Positions 50,835 through 64,000 of a stretch of 64,000 nt of DNA are shown one piece after another. Position numbers and translations under genes: made by a program. The DNA is from Lingula anatina (taxonomy: Eukaryota > Animalia > Brachiopoda): contig CM120646.1 of NCBI GenBank assembly GCA_051362555.1, forward strand, positions 3,658,001-3,722,000, written 5' to 3'. The notes below the pieces were generated by a model that saw only the letters and a program-made list of their open reading frames with translations, was not told where the DNA came from and ran no database searches. The number at the start of each line of letters is the position of its first letter. Within the stretch, counting starts at the first letter, position 1.

Positions 50835-51525
50835 TTAATTGTGACATAAATTCTCCGTCTAACTTCTTTTGTTTATTTTAAGAAAAAATTAATTTCTATG
50901 CCTCCTTTCATGAAGTACAACATGAAATAAACTTAAAAAAATGCCATCCACATGTAGCATTGCGCTGGTCACAACCAATAATGCCGTTGCGTCATATAGT
51001 TATATAGCGTATTATAGTACAATAAAGATTACATACCTCGGAGTAAAAAAAAAAAAAAGACTGCCGATCCTAGGTTTGCCCCTCTATGTACTGCTTACTG
51101 CCCACATCCACATTGCAATGTTTGTTAAAAGGGCACCACTAGTAGTACTACCTGCGACTACTACTAAAAACAATGATCACGAGGGGAATAAACAGGCGTT
51201 GACAGTACAGTACGAATGAAAAGTGGAAAAGTTGCAGCGTCTTAGGTTTTACTCAAGTATGCTAGCTATTAAACTACTGTAGCAGAAATCAAAGGCTATG
51301 GAGACAGAGTCTATAAAGGATAGAAGTTTTCATCTGTGATATTTAGTCAGATAATGGTGCAATTAACAGCATTGTAAAACGCATAAAATAACCTTGGTTC
51401 TCGCTCATTCAATGATGTTGTAGTTACTTATCTAGGCTGATATTTAATGGATTTGTGTTAAAATGCATTCTGATAGTTTTCATTGAAACACACCCTGCAT
51501 TCCTTACGGTTGGGTCACTGTCTTT

Positions 51526-52560
51526 CATGGCCAAGATAACTCCACGAAAGGGGACAGAAAGCGTTCCACTGGATACTGTTGGTTGTTTATCCCATATTTC
51601 CTGCAAACTGCCAACAGCTAGCTTTTTCTTCGCTTCATCTACAGATTTCCCCTTAACAGCTACATGACATAACGGCTTCTCAAAAGGCTCATTTTCCTCC
51701 AAGTTGGGCTCTGTTGGAAAGAAAATTATTTCTCCTTTTTCATGAGCCTCAGCAAGGATCTCCAGTGTAGCAATGCCCGGCCGCGATAGTGCCTTGGCGT
51801 GGGCTGTTGTGGTACACATGACCCCTATGAGCTGGCACCTTGGCTCCAATGGCCGGACGCTGGGTTGTATCCCACACGCAATTAAGAAATTTAGGAAAAG
51901 GATATCTGTTTCGAAGACGGCTAGTATCCAGTTCATTACCATCTATCCTTGCTTGTCAAGGGGTAAACATAACGGAATACACGATGAAGTCTTAAAAAAG
52001 AGAGGAAAGCGGGTAGGTCCACAATCAGAGATGAATGCCGCTAAAATCTCTCCTCGAAACATGACGACCTCCACCCCATGTTTGGTTCCCATTGCATACT
52101 CTGCTAGGTGTATTTCGTTGCCGTAACCAATACCAAAGGTTTCTTCGTCAGTATTATCTAATGTTTTTTTAATGTTGTTGAAATACCTGAGACATTTTTC
52201 TTCGTCCTCGACGAGATGGATACCGAAGGAATATGTCCCGTATTCCGGCTTCAGAATGGCGGGATCGATACCTAATAAGATTTGACGATCCTTTCACATC
52301 TTCAGTTCGAACAATTTTGTGTATCTTGACTGCATATAGATAAAGGTTTGGCAAGAAAGAGCTGAAGGTTGAAAATGCCAATATAGCCTTTTGGCTCAGA
52401 CTTTTCTTCTTAGCCTTTCTTGAAGGCTCGGGGGTGTTTCCAAGCATGCGCAGTGCTTCGCACACCAGAGCCGTCAGAGGAACGTGATTCTCGTCCACAT
52501 GTAGCCATGCATCTGTCTACGGCTAAGCCCTGTGTGCGCAGTAGATGAACACTTTTCTCG
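51526..52560 (-). pseudogene. CARNS1: Carnosine synthase 1-like copy 3, decayed last-exon fragment
   Basis: Homologous to 42370-43520, with frameshifts and an internal deletion at ~51935 removing ATKQC..VEFK..EINGRVTGAHYR. No upstream exons recognised. Confidence 0.88.
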
Positions 52561-52569
52561 GCATTTATT

Positions 52570-53300
52570 CAAACGCTAAAGTTTAAAGGTCCCTCGTGAA
52601 CAAGAGATTATTGCAAGCTGGTTATTTTACACGACCAGTGCGGAAACCGCTGTTAACAGCAGTTCATATACATTGTACAGCGACATCTGTAGTGGTCTGG
52701 GGACCACGTGCGTTTGCAGCCAAACCACTGTAAACACGTCGTTTTCAGTGATGAGGCCAAATATGGAGTATTTAGAGTTGAGAGTCGAATCCGTATATGC
52801 CGACGTGTACGAGAGGTATATAACGACAATTGTTTACTGCCTTGGGTGCAAGCAGGGGTGGTAGCGTCTCTGTTTGGGGAGCATTTCATGCCGTTGCCAA
52901 AACCCGTTTTTTTTTTTTTTAAGGCAACCTCAAACAGGATTCCTACAGAAACATTCTACAAAAACAATGTTAACAATGTAAGAGTCATCTTCTTTTGTGT
53001 ACCAAGATGACTACGTACCCCCACATCGAGCTCGCAGAATCACTGTTTTTTTTTTTTTTTTTTTTTTTCAAAACTAAGGGGTTCAGCAACTACCCTGGCC
53101 TGAAAACTCCTCAGATATAAAACCGATTGAAAATCAGTGTGGGCGGTTGTAACTCCCTATAGCAGGCAAATATCACTGCGCGGAATGATATCCCCATCCA
53201 ATCTCTGAAAAACTTGTCACAGGGTATGCCATGTAGTGCGAGGGCGCTGCAAGCGGCTGCTGGTCTTACCCGCTGTTGGTTACTACTTGATTTAGTGTAA
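52570..53300 (+). mobile_element. Degenerate Tc1-like transposase fragment truncating CARNS1-like copy 3
   Basis: HVVFSDEAKYGVFRVESRIRICRR in ORF 52708-53010, followed by PHRAR-like and WP-like remnants. Boundaries approximate. Confidence 0.6.
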
Positions 53301-56300
53301 TGAATTATTTGACTGTGTAGCATAGCACTGTCCTGAGGCTATCATTTTCTTTAATATCTTAGCTTAAAGTAAATACTGACATCAAACTGTTGATATGGTT
53401 TTCTGGCGGTGTTCTTTTCTTTGGAATGACATCTTATGTCACATTTGATATCACTGACTAAAATATCTCACAATAGAAGACTGAATATATCATTCAATGA
53501 CACACATTTTTCATAAATAAAGCCAAAAAAAATTATCTGTACTCAAAAATGAAAATGATAAAAAAATTCCATATTAAGTATTTTAACTCTGTACTGTGGT
53601 ATTTACTCCCCCAGCAAAAGAGTGTCACCCCTAACGCAATTTGCTTAAAGTGATACAGAAAATAATTCAATACCTGTGTCCTTGCCGACATGCGCCATAT
53701 TATTATAGAGTTCTATGATTTAAAAACTTTTTTAATGAGAAAATAAACCAAATATACATGTACCGTATTTACATGATTAACCTAAAATGCCCCTATTTTG
53801 CTGTAAGGCTGATTACATGTAGGTAAATTTCCAACTGACAAGAAGGTTTAATTTTACGTTTACTGTTTTCTAACTGTGCATAGCTTGCCATGAATCTATG
53901 GTCTAGACACCCTCAGCAACTCTATGAGTCTCCAGATCTGTTTACATAAACTGACATACCAGTTCGGAGATCTGGGAGTCTTTGTTCTCTTTTTGGTCAA
54001 TATACTGGATATCAAAAACAAAACAGTTCAAAGTTTTATACTGGGGCAAAATCACATGAATGTAGGTATAATCACCTCTTAACTTTTGTTTTAGAATTGT
54101 ACTAAATACCCCAGTCTTTCAATAAAATTATACGAAGTATTTAAAATTTTTTTTTTTTTTTTTTTGTAAAACGTGCCTTGTGTGTACCATGCTGGGAAAA
54201 TGCGACAGATAAAAATAACTGCCTTCCTCGAAGCCCGAGCCTCTACGACCTGACCCCTTACAAATAGCGTGAGGGTGCTATATTTACTGAGGTTATTAAT
54301 CAGGTCATCAAATCGTAAAAATGTGACAAAATATATACACTTAGCAAAATATAAACACCCCATGTGGATTACTTATGTAACTTGTAATTGGGTAAGGACA
54401 GTTATCTGTAGCACATTGAACAATTAATTTCGTATGATTATATATATAGCCGTAATGCTCATAAAACGTTTAAAGTATTGCATGTACGTGATGCGTTAAT
54501 ATTATTTTGCTCAGCGAAGATTTGCTAGCGAAGATTTGAAAAGCTTTCAAAATACACTTGCACGTGTGTGTGTGTGTGTTTGTGTGTGTGTACTTATTTA
54601 CAATGGTTTGACATTTGATGAATATTCATACAGTGACTACGTCGATTTAGTCACTGCCCAGTCCGTTAATAATACTGGCCTTCTGCACCATTCTCTGAAT
54701 GGGCTTCTCGACAAATTGTACGTGGCATTGACAGACTAAGGCACAGATATCAAGAAAAATATAAGTAACTGTGTTATAAATGTTATATTATAGCATATCA
54801 ATTAGAAGACTTACTGAATTTCTATTTTGATGAATCTTTTGACGAAAAAATAACTATATTTTTTTCGACTCACAAAAGCCTAATCAAATGCCCCGGTATT
54901 TACATATAGGCCTACATTCCACTTTACTATATTCTACGAGTACAAATTAATTCACTTTATGGGAGTAGTACATGTAGTTAAAATAGTAGTAGAAGTAGAA
55001 AAGAACCTCAAATGATCGATGCATTCTGTATAAAATACCAACCAAGGTTTTGCAATGATTTTATACATTTTAAGATTTCAGCTTCCTCGCGCACTGAAGC
55101 AAATAAGACTTGAGCATTCAATTAAAAGGGCTATTAACTAAAAAAAGAAAATGAAAATGAAAATAGAAAATGTTTTTTTTTTCGTTTTTCCTGGCTTTTC
55201 TTGTGTGTTGCTAGGGTTAATTTTGGTGTCAACTAACAAGCTGTGGTGTGAACTACTGCCATTTTTTTTCAGGACCATGGGCACAGGTGTCGTGCAGTCG
55301 TGCAGTCGTGAGACCTCTGGCGGAGGGAGCTACTGACTGTGAGCGGTGCAGTGGTTTGTTTACAAACAGCGGGGTGCACATGTTCAAGTAATGCCATTAA
55401 GAAAGTTAGTCTGATGTCAGTATATTTTGTGTCATTGGGAGTTATGTCAGTGTGTCTGCTATCTATGGGGATGGGAAATGTTTCACCCAGTTATTTTGTT
55501 CATGCAGGTGTAGGGAGTTGCTGATTCATCGAGACCTAGTTATTATTCCACAGCTAGAGCGCAGGCGCTAATTCTAAGATAAGGTTTTGTTTATCCAAAG
55601 TCGATGAAGTTACATGTGAGATACACTGTATCTACACGTGTTGAGGATCTTTTGTTATTGGATAAATATGTTTTCTAATTAATTTTTTTCTGTTTGATTC
55701 ATTTTACAACCCTGGGCCTCTCTTACTGCTGAATGACAGCTAGTGGACTACTGGTTACGCATCTCTCTATCAACTAACACATACACTTTTAAATTTTAGG
55801 GTTAATATGAAGTAGCCCAAAACTCAGAAAACTGACTTGAGAACAGAGCAGAACATACGGGCAATTAACAGCACGAAGTTTTATCAAGCTAAGAAATAGT
55901 TAAAACAAAAGTTATGCAACAAAGTGTTATCATAATTAGGCGCCTGTTACACTGTAGACTGAGTGTGCTCATTCCCACTGAAATAATTGTTCTAAGTAGA
56001 TCGATCAAACTCTGCAGGTGCTCTCGGCCAAGGCAATCAGTTTAACAGATTAGCGCGCCTCCACTTATTTCTAACGTGTTTGTATGATCACCGGATTTTT
56101 CTGTATTCTACTCAGCACCATTGATCGATTCATGTAGAACGAAAGTTTGATTAGAAATGAACCCTTACGTTATCAGTGTTCAGTCTGATAAAAATAGATA
56201 ACCGACTTCGAAACGGGAATGATTGACCCGAAATAAAAATATATGTCATTGTATGTCAACTGCCAAGTCTGAGATCAAAAACTGTGAAATCAACCACATA

Positions 56301-57498
56301 TTTTAACAAATAAAATTGATTCTCTAAGATTTTTACTAATCAGTGGGCTAAACCTTAGTCTTATGGACTATAAGGATTAAGAACAGAAAGAAAAAAAAAA
56401 CTTTTTTTGTGAAAGGTGACCTTGGCATCTCAGCTCGTTGATTGATTTAAAACCTGTAAGAAATAGAGGGAAGGCGGTGGGCAGTAGTCCATCCGATAGC
56501 TACGTGAATTGAGGTCTTGGGAGTAATTTTAAGTCCAATATAATGTACAGATGGATCTGATCAGAGTGGTGCCAGCGGGAAAGACCCCCCCACCCCCCAC
56601 CCACACACACACACGCCGTCTGAAAACAGATTTAGATAAGGAGCGATATATTTCAGTAAACTGTGCACGTTTATATATAGCTATTGACAGCAATTGTCCT
56701 GTTATGTTAAATCATTCATTGGGCAGATTTGTTTCCCTTCCCTCTAACTTGATTGAAATATCACGATCCTGCCTGTAATTTTCCTTCCTTTTTTAAAATT
56801 TCACATGCATCTCTCACTTACTCCAATTTCAAGTCCACGTTTTAAGTTTCCTCCAGTTTATAGAATAATAACAATAATGCATTTACTTAAAGTGCTCTAC
56901 CCATTATTCAGTAGGGTTTACAACATATAATATTAATAAAAGTTTATAGGTAAGAGTGATAAATAGATATATAGAATGATAAGTACATGCATGTTACAAA
57001 CGAGTGTACGTGTTTTAATTCTTTTATTTTTTTTCATTTAACGCTTTAATTTGCCTACGGAATTTCTTCTTTTGCTTTAATGCACACCCTGGGTTCGGAG
57101 GACACGAGCAATCCGTTCTCCACTATCTTGGGTGGGTGGGTCTAATGGTAGATAGATGAGTTCCCAGTGTCGCTTGAAACTCAGGGTGTCACAAGGGCAC
57201 TTCCAAGAAATCAAGATAATGAGGTCATATCGCGTACGCGCCCCTCACATGACTCAAACGCGATGCTGATTGGCTAGTATTGGGGTTTCGATCAAGTGGA
57301 CCTTGATCGATGCGTCATTTGGGCTGGGCAGGACGACATGATCCAGTCATGATAATCGCGCAGTTTTAAAATCGAAGGTAGGTACCATATCATTATCATA
57401 AGTAGTTCTGTACTAGCATGACTTTTATATGAAACAAAGAAGAAGGGGCCTGAAAGGATCACTTCCGTATGATCTCAGCATTTCTTTCGCATAACATT

Positions 57499-57540
<42 letters not shown>

Positions 57541-59299
57541 TGGATATGTGCAACGCGCCTTATACAGTTTTTGTTTGACAAAGATTGCATTGGTTCTCCA
57601 TCCACGTTAACTACATCCTCATAAAATCATTTAAGTATTAATAAATGTTTTCTCTTTTAGTATATGTATCATCATTCACATTGGTCACGTACATTGCATA
57701 GATGAAATTGAAAATATGCAATGTATTTTACAATTGCTCTGTGATGCAATTTTAGTATAAAGGTTAACGTTATCATTGTTTATGAATATGTTTACAACAC
57801 TGACCGAAAAAAAAAATTATTTCAGTGATCAATGCTTAAATAAACACAATATCAAAGAAATATGTTTTAGAACGCAGTATTGATTAGCAGATACTATTTT
57901 TCAACGTAAGGTATTGCATCATCTCGTGCTGCCAAATATTTATTAGACATATTTTTATTGAAAATCAATTCAATTATTTCTGATTTTTTTTTCAAAATCT
58001 ATGTGACATAAACTTCTACCCCTACATGATTCTTGTGACTTTTCCATGTTCACTTACTTCAATTTGTTTTTCTGTGGATCAAAAGAAAATAGAAGCCATC
58101 TGTCATTAAGTTACCTGCACTTTTATTTATATTCGTGATATCATTGTACTTCTAGGATGCGTGTTGTTGTTTCCCGCTTTTTTGGCTTGCAATCGCCAAG
58201 GTCACATTACCCACCGCAAGATATCTAAGGCAAAGTCCGTAAGTGTTATCTATATTTTTCTTCTCAGAACTACAGAAATCCTCATTGTGTGGCGTAATAT
58301 GTTGTTTAGATTCTACCCACCAGGTATTTTTGAATTAATTGGCATATATTACACATTACAAACTATACACGAGTGTTTCAGATATAAATGATGAGTGCCG
58401 ATAACCATTGGCAAAGTGCCCATCGTCAATTTTTTGAAATAATTTTATATTATAAAGATTATGTATATATTTGTTGCGTGAAAAAATATTATTTGGTTTG
58501 AGGCATTGAGGCATCGTAACTTAGTATTTTTAATGAGTTATATGTGGGGGGGGGGGGGGGGGTAGCCAGATTTACCTGTTGTATGCAGTCTAATGAATCA
58601 GAGCAACTTGTTTCAGCATATATATTACATAAATGATTTTTTTTCTAATGAAACTTGTCTTGTGGTGTAAAAGAGGTTATATGTTAAATACTTGCGGTGT
58701 GGCACAAGTAAATGGGGAAGTAATTTTTTTAATCCTAGAGAAAAGAGGGAGGTGAGGTGTATTAATTAAGGTATTTTCTCACAGAAGCCATCACTGATTT
58801 AAATTTTCTGTATAAAAGTCTTGTAACTAGGTAAACTTGTTTCAGTGTATTTATCAATTTTATATAACCCTTCTCACAGACCAGCATTTGTTGGTCTAAA
58901 TAATTGTATTGTAAACCTATACACATTTTGTACAAGGCTCTAAGGAATAGTAAAAAATGCTAAAAGCAAAAGGCTGTTATATTAACAACAAAAGTGTAAA
59001 AGCACTCTAAACAGCTATTTTGAATGTTTCCATTAACTATAAAATAAACAAGGTTTAAATTGTACCAAAACAATGATAAGATAAAAATAAAAACTAAATG
59101 AAAATATACATTGTAGTACACATAATAACAGTTATGGCCAATACTCTAAAAATCACCTAAAAAGTACTTCATATATGATTATGTATGTGATAAAGACATT
59201 ATATAGAATGCAATGCAATAGTTATTTATACAAAATATACAAATATGAGAACAGAAAATGTATAAAAAAACAATAGATAATTAATCAGATGTGCTGTTC

Positions 59300-59657
59300 G
59301 AAACACTTTCTGTCTCGCTAATACTGTCACCACTTGATGTTGGTAAATGCGAGGCATCCAAATAGCCTTCTCCACAACATAATTTTCGATTGTATCCCTG
59401 CCTCATGGCAAACCCCATATACCACAGGACTGAATTGATATGTGCACAACTTCCAACTGTCTTGGAACCTGCTTTACACTGGCAGTACCAGCCACTGATG
59501 GGTCTAGTTTTGCTATGGGAGGTCTGAATCCATAATGTGTAGGCCTACTGGTGGCTAACTATTTTGGCTCTGATTAAATTAGGTGCATCTTTGCATACAC
59601 TGATTTCAAACTGGCCATCTAGCAGATGCTCATCAGTATATTGACTAGCTTGCTTTA
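59300..59657 (-). mobile_element. C-terminal SWIM zinc-finger remnant of an ISL2EU/PIF-Harbinger-like transposase
   Basis: Minus-strand translation KQASQYTDEHL..NLIRAKI../SGWYCQCKAGSKTVGSCAHINSVLWYMG fits a CxC-x(n)-CxH SWIM motif. Superfamily assignment from memory. Confidence 0.55.
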
Positions 59658-61197
59658 AGCACCCCGCACACGGTAAGCAATTGGCGCGCGCCACCTGCGC
59701 TGAGCCAGATGCTCGCGGTCCTCAGCTCCCCGCAAACGCTGCGCTCTTTGCTCAGCAGAGGTGCCACCCGGCCTGCCCCTAGCGGACGCACTGTGAACTG
59801 TGGGATCATGTGTTTAAGGAAACATTACATATTGTTGTTTTTTCTGATAGTAATGGAAAATGGTGAACACGTTAATCAATCAGACTAACTATAACTGTGT
59901 ACATTTTTGTTGACTTCGTTGGGGGCTGCCATTTTTGTTTGTTTCCGGCTATCGGCACATGCGCATTGTTGGCATGACTTGAGCAATCGGCGCTTGCACC
60001 CCGCACACGCTGAGACCCCCTTTATCGGGTGACCTTCTGGTAATTATTATAGGCTGTTGGTCTATTATTTGGACTATTTACCAAGTCAATAGGTTTTCAC
60101 TGATCTCCTTGACAAATAAAGCCATTCAGAGCATTTTGGTGATAACTAAAAGAAAAAAAACTCTACAAAACTATTATGAATAGTGCTGGTGTAGAAGATT
60201 AGGTCATAAGTAACAAAACTAGGGTGTGTGTGTAATGGAGTCTTTTATTTTACTTTTTATGCAAAATAGACATAAAAGGGGACATTTCACAACAATTTTG
60301 GTTGTACAAAATGTACTTTCATGCCCATTACAGGGGTTGGGTCAAGCCACCCTAATGTGTAGAGGTCTATTACAGAATGGGCCTCTATATAAAGTAGGAG
60401 CCACCACAATGTACATCTGCTATTATGATAATTAATATAACTTTGCATATCTGAAGCACATTTTCCACTTAATCTTTTTTAATCCTAAGAAATAAGAATG
60501 GAAATAAGATATACTTACTGTATTTGGACTCTATTTCCTATCCATTTTTTTTTTTTTTTTTTTTTTTGATAGCATGCATTACATGAAAATGACTTTTCTT
60601 TTTTCTTGTTTTTTTTTTTTTGGTTGCAATTAAACTAGTTTACTGACTCTAACCCCTATTTTCCTTTCAAAGGCCTACATTTTTTTTTTTTGGGGGGGGG
60701 ATGTTCTTTTTGTACAAAAGATTCCTTGTATCTGCCTAGCCATCCTATGTAAGCATGTAGCAGCTACATGTACCTCATGGCAGGAATAAACATGGCCGAC
60801 TGCTAGCATATGGACTGAAAATGTCCCTATTTAGTTTGAGTAAATATAAAGTCCAACCCTCAGACAAGCTGATTTTCACATATATCTTACCTTATATTCA
60901 TGTCTTTTCAACAGTGAAAAATTAGCTTATCTGAGGCAGGGGCTCATATAAAAAATGAACATCTTTTATCCTCAAGTCACTGTAAAGTTCTTCTTTCAAT
61001 CAGCACTACATGTACGAAAAAAGCAATCAAAATACTGATCACAAACAATGATTGGCCACTTATTGCCTTTCTTTTTTACACGGGCACCTTCTGTACCCAA
61101 TTACAAAATTTCACAGTTAACACCTTACTATTACTTTAGATATGTAGCATTGTTCTTCAGAACCCCCCTAAAACACACAAAAATTAAGTGGATTATA

Positions 61198-61218
61198 ACA
61201 GTATAATATTGTTTGCAG

Positions 61219-61292
<74 letters not shown>

Positions 61293-61313
61293 CTGCAAAC
61301 AATATTATACTGT
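61198..61313. repeat. (TA)n microsatellite enclosed by a perfect 23-bp inverted repeat
   Basis: ACAGTATAATATTGTTTGCAGTT-(TA)n-AACTGCAAACAATATTATACTGT. Confidence 0.92.
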
Positions 61314-62609
61314 AATTCTACTGGGTTTCTTTGGTGTTGAAATGACAGGTCACTTTCAAAAATTAGCACACTCTTAAAACTGATCTGTTAAACTTAACCA
61401 AAAACACGTTCATTATTAAACAATTCACTCGGTCAATATACATCCTGTGATAGCTTTTGTCCCAACACATTTAGCGTAGGTAAAAAGGTGTAGGGCATCG
61501 TTACTAGTATAGAATTATGATTGTACTTGTAATGCAGTTTATTGTTATGCAAGGTATGACAGTAAGCGCCTAAGCTCGTTTAGCTCCTAAACACGGTACA
61601 TGCCTGTAACCTGGATGTGTTTAGCGGTATGACGATATTTCTGAGATGTTCTGAGATTTTGCGGGGTTACCAATAAAATGTCATAAAAGTAAACCTGAAT
61701 TTAATTTAATTTAATTGAAAACATATGTCAAAGGCCAAACCCAAATTCAGTTCAAATTCTCAAATTATAGCTCTCTGTTCAATTTCTGTAATAACACATT
61801 TCTGAGCATGTGTACAGATGATTTTTTGCAAATCCTCCAATTGTATGAAACGTAGCAATTTTTTTCATACTGATACTAATTTCATTAAAAATATCAAACT
61901 TAAAAGAAATTGACATAATAAATATTAGCACGAGCTAAAAGTGATCGATAACTTGAGACCGCTGTGCCGAAACTAATTTCCACAATTTATAGCCTGGTCT
62001 GTTATCCACTGGGATCCACCTCCCAAACTGGGGCTCTCCCGACAATACCGACTGACTCTGAATGAGATCGAGAGACCTGAGGGCGAGTCTCAAACGCTAG
62101 CTACTCGTGTAGGACATTACCCCCTCCCGGCACATTTTTTAACCACGTCAGTCATATTTTAGTATATATTGAACGCAGACGAAATAAGATGAAGCCATAG
62201 AAAATTATGCCGCAATCGCCGTTTTGAATGGTTACCCCCTCACCCAACCCTCAATTAAAATGTGCTCCCTGTGTGACTGGTAGAAATTAACGTGGGAACG
62301 TACAAAGGAGAGGAATGTATACATGTGCATTACCCAATTTACACATTGACCCAATCTTCATAGATTTCCCCACTAGAAGACACCTCTGTTTTGATACAAC
62401 ATATACTGTCATCTGCATCCTTTCAAAAAAGGTAAAATTAGATTCACTTAGGTGAATCCAAATAAAAAGATTAATACCCATGTAATTTTACATATACATG
62501 TAGGATTGCTAATTCACAAGGCAGCAACCTGTTGCACGCAGTTGAATAATCACAGCTGATAATTTTGTTGCAGCAAGGTCACATTTTATTTGCAGATCAC
62601 GTAAACAAC

Positions 62610-63725
62610 ATGGCGATCCATTTAGAACGCCCTACCTTCATCGGCCGAGAAAAAGAAACAAAGCTTATTACAGATTCTTGGACACAGCATCGGATATTTG
62701 GTATCTATGGTCCTCCCGGCATTGGAAAGACAAGCTTAACGCGGGAGATTTTGAGACAGGTGTCTGCAAAGAGGTACAATGGTAGCCTATGCACCTCATT
62801 CGTGTCGATGCAAAGTGTAAACAGTGCAAAAGACTTCTTTAAATATGTTGCTCTTGAATTATTAGAAAAAACAGATCCTTTGCTTACCATCGAATCAACA
62901 ACTGAGCGTCTTCTGCAGCGACAAATCATTTGAAAAATATTACGACATGTGTGCTGATTTTTGAAAAATGCGAACACATCGCCGAGTCTGCGGCAACTAC
63001 GAGAAGTGTCAGCCATGACCTGCAGAATGTGCTGCTCACGTTTGTGTATGACGTCACAACCAAGTGTCCTGATGTGAGGGTCTTCATCGTTTCTCGCACC
63101 AAGTTACAATTTGCAAGACTGAATAGAATATATTTTGAGCTGAGTTTAATGCCACTTTGTATTTCAGACGCAAAAGCGTTATTACTTGACATAGTTTCCC
63201 ACTCCGATGCAGAAAATGAGGGTTCATTTAAAGACAAAAATACTTTGACTAAACTTGCAGAACAATGTGCAAGATTGCCTCTTGCTTTAATCATTGTAGG
63301 TAAGTAAAATATATACTGTATGCATTTTTTAAAAGTAATATATCGCACAACTTGTGTATACACCTGTTATTCTAACCAATATAAACATCTCCCTTTAACA
63401 TAAACTATAACACAACCAAAAATAATAACAATCTTTATTTTTTGGGAAAAAAATCCCTCTATATTTAGAGGGCCATTCAGGGCCATTCATTTTTGTTAAG
63501 GCTCCCGGGTTTTTATTACTACATATTTAATTTCTGAACATTACTTTTCTATTAAATAATTTATTCATTTTGTTAAAATATTTTCTTCAGAATATGTACC
63601 TCGAATTTTTCTAGGGAGCGTACTACGCGATGGTATTCTGAGCCCAAGTGAAATGTTGGACCTCATGAAGGAAGAGCGGCTGAAAGCTCTCAGTGACGAT
63701 AGTTTCTCTGACTCTGAGATAATAG
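62610..63725 (+). pseudogene. STAND NTPase copy D (A/B-like, inverted orientation), frameshifted; continues beyond the window
   Basis: Exon 1 62610-63299 is 690 nt (697 in A, 694 in B), with a frameshift at ~62930. Exon 2 is 63615-63725. Walker A GPPGIGKT, Walker B VLIFEKCEH. Intron 2 aligns to copy A ~11330-11600. Confidence 0.82.
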
Positions 63726-64000
63726 GTAGGTTTACTTTGGAGAATGAAACGTTCAGACAATTATCAATAATACTGTGATTTGTTAAGACACAAAATAAGG
63801 TATATATAGGATGACAAAAATGTGTTTATAAAAATCATATATGTTGGAATAATAATTTCACCCTTTCGAGTTACTTTAGCTCTCTTTAAAAGTAGCCGAA
63901 TACAATGTAGAAGAAATTTAATATAGTATTGTTTTTATTTAGTGATCATATCGGAAAAATCACACGTCAACATTTTAACTAAGTAAAAATAAAGTTAAGA

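Noticed and set aside
54170-57200. Possible SINE or tRNA-like fragments (~54170-54270, ~56470-56590, ~57085-57200)
   Set aside because: No clear A/B boxes, cloverleaf, TSD or second copy in the window, so they cannot be supported.

Overview
AT-rich, intron-containing animal genomic DNA. An invertebrate, probably a mollusc or other lophotrochozoan, is inferred from the gene and transposon content only. Two tandem gene families sit among many transposon remnants. (1) Four STAND/NB-ARC-like P-loop NTPase genes with no N-terminal effector domain. Gene B (21045..14378, minus, 9 exons, ~866 aa) has degenerate Walker motifs and C-terminal TPRs. It lies head-to-head, 1.17 kb apart, with divergent paralog C (22219..26569, plus, 5 exons, ~640 aa), which keeps canonical Walker A/B but has a low-complexity tail instead of TPRs. 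A (12554..6382) and D (62610..>63725, frameshifted) are further B-like copies. (2) Three carnosine-synthase-1-like ATP-grasp ligase genes on the minus strand: one intact (47116..42370), one with a single nonsense codon (33414..28198) and one decayed (52560..51526). Their active-site-proximal motifs differ from canonical CARNS1. Mobile DNA includes a nested Kolobok-like/MITE/Tc1/DIRS stack, a full-length Tc1, a Sola-like element, RTE LINE pieces and a Polinton/Maverick-like long-TIR element carrying a phage-type SLOG/DprA-like gene relic. The best candidate for an undescribed system is the B/C head-to-head STAND pair, which resembles plant sensor/helper NLR pairs. Exon models were built by hand from GT-AG sites, reading-frame continuity and paralog comparison. 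No database searches were run.
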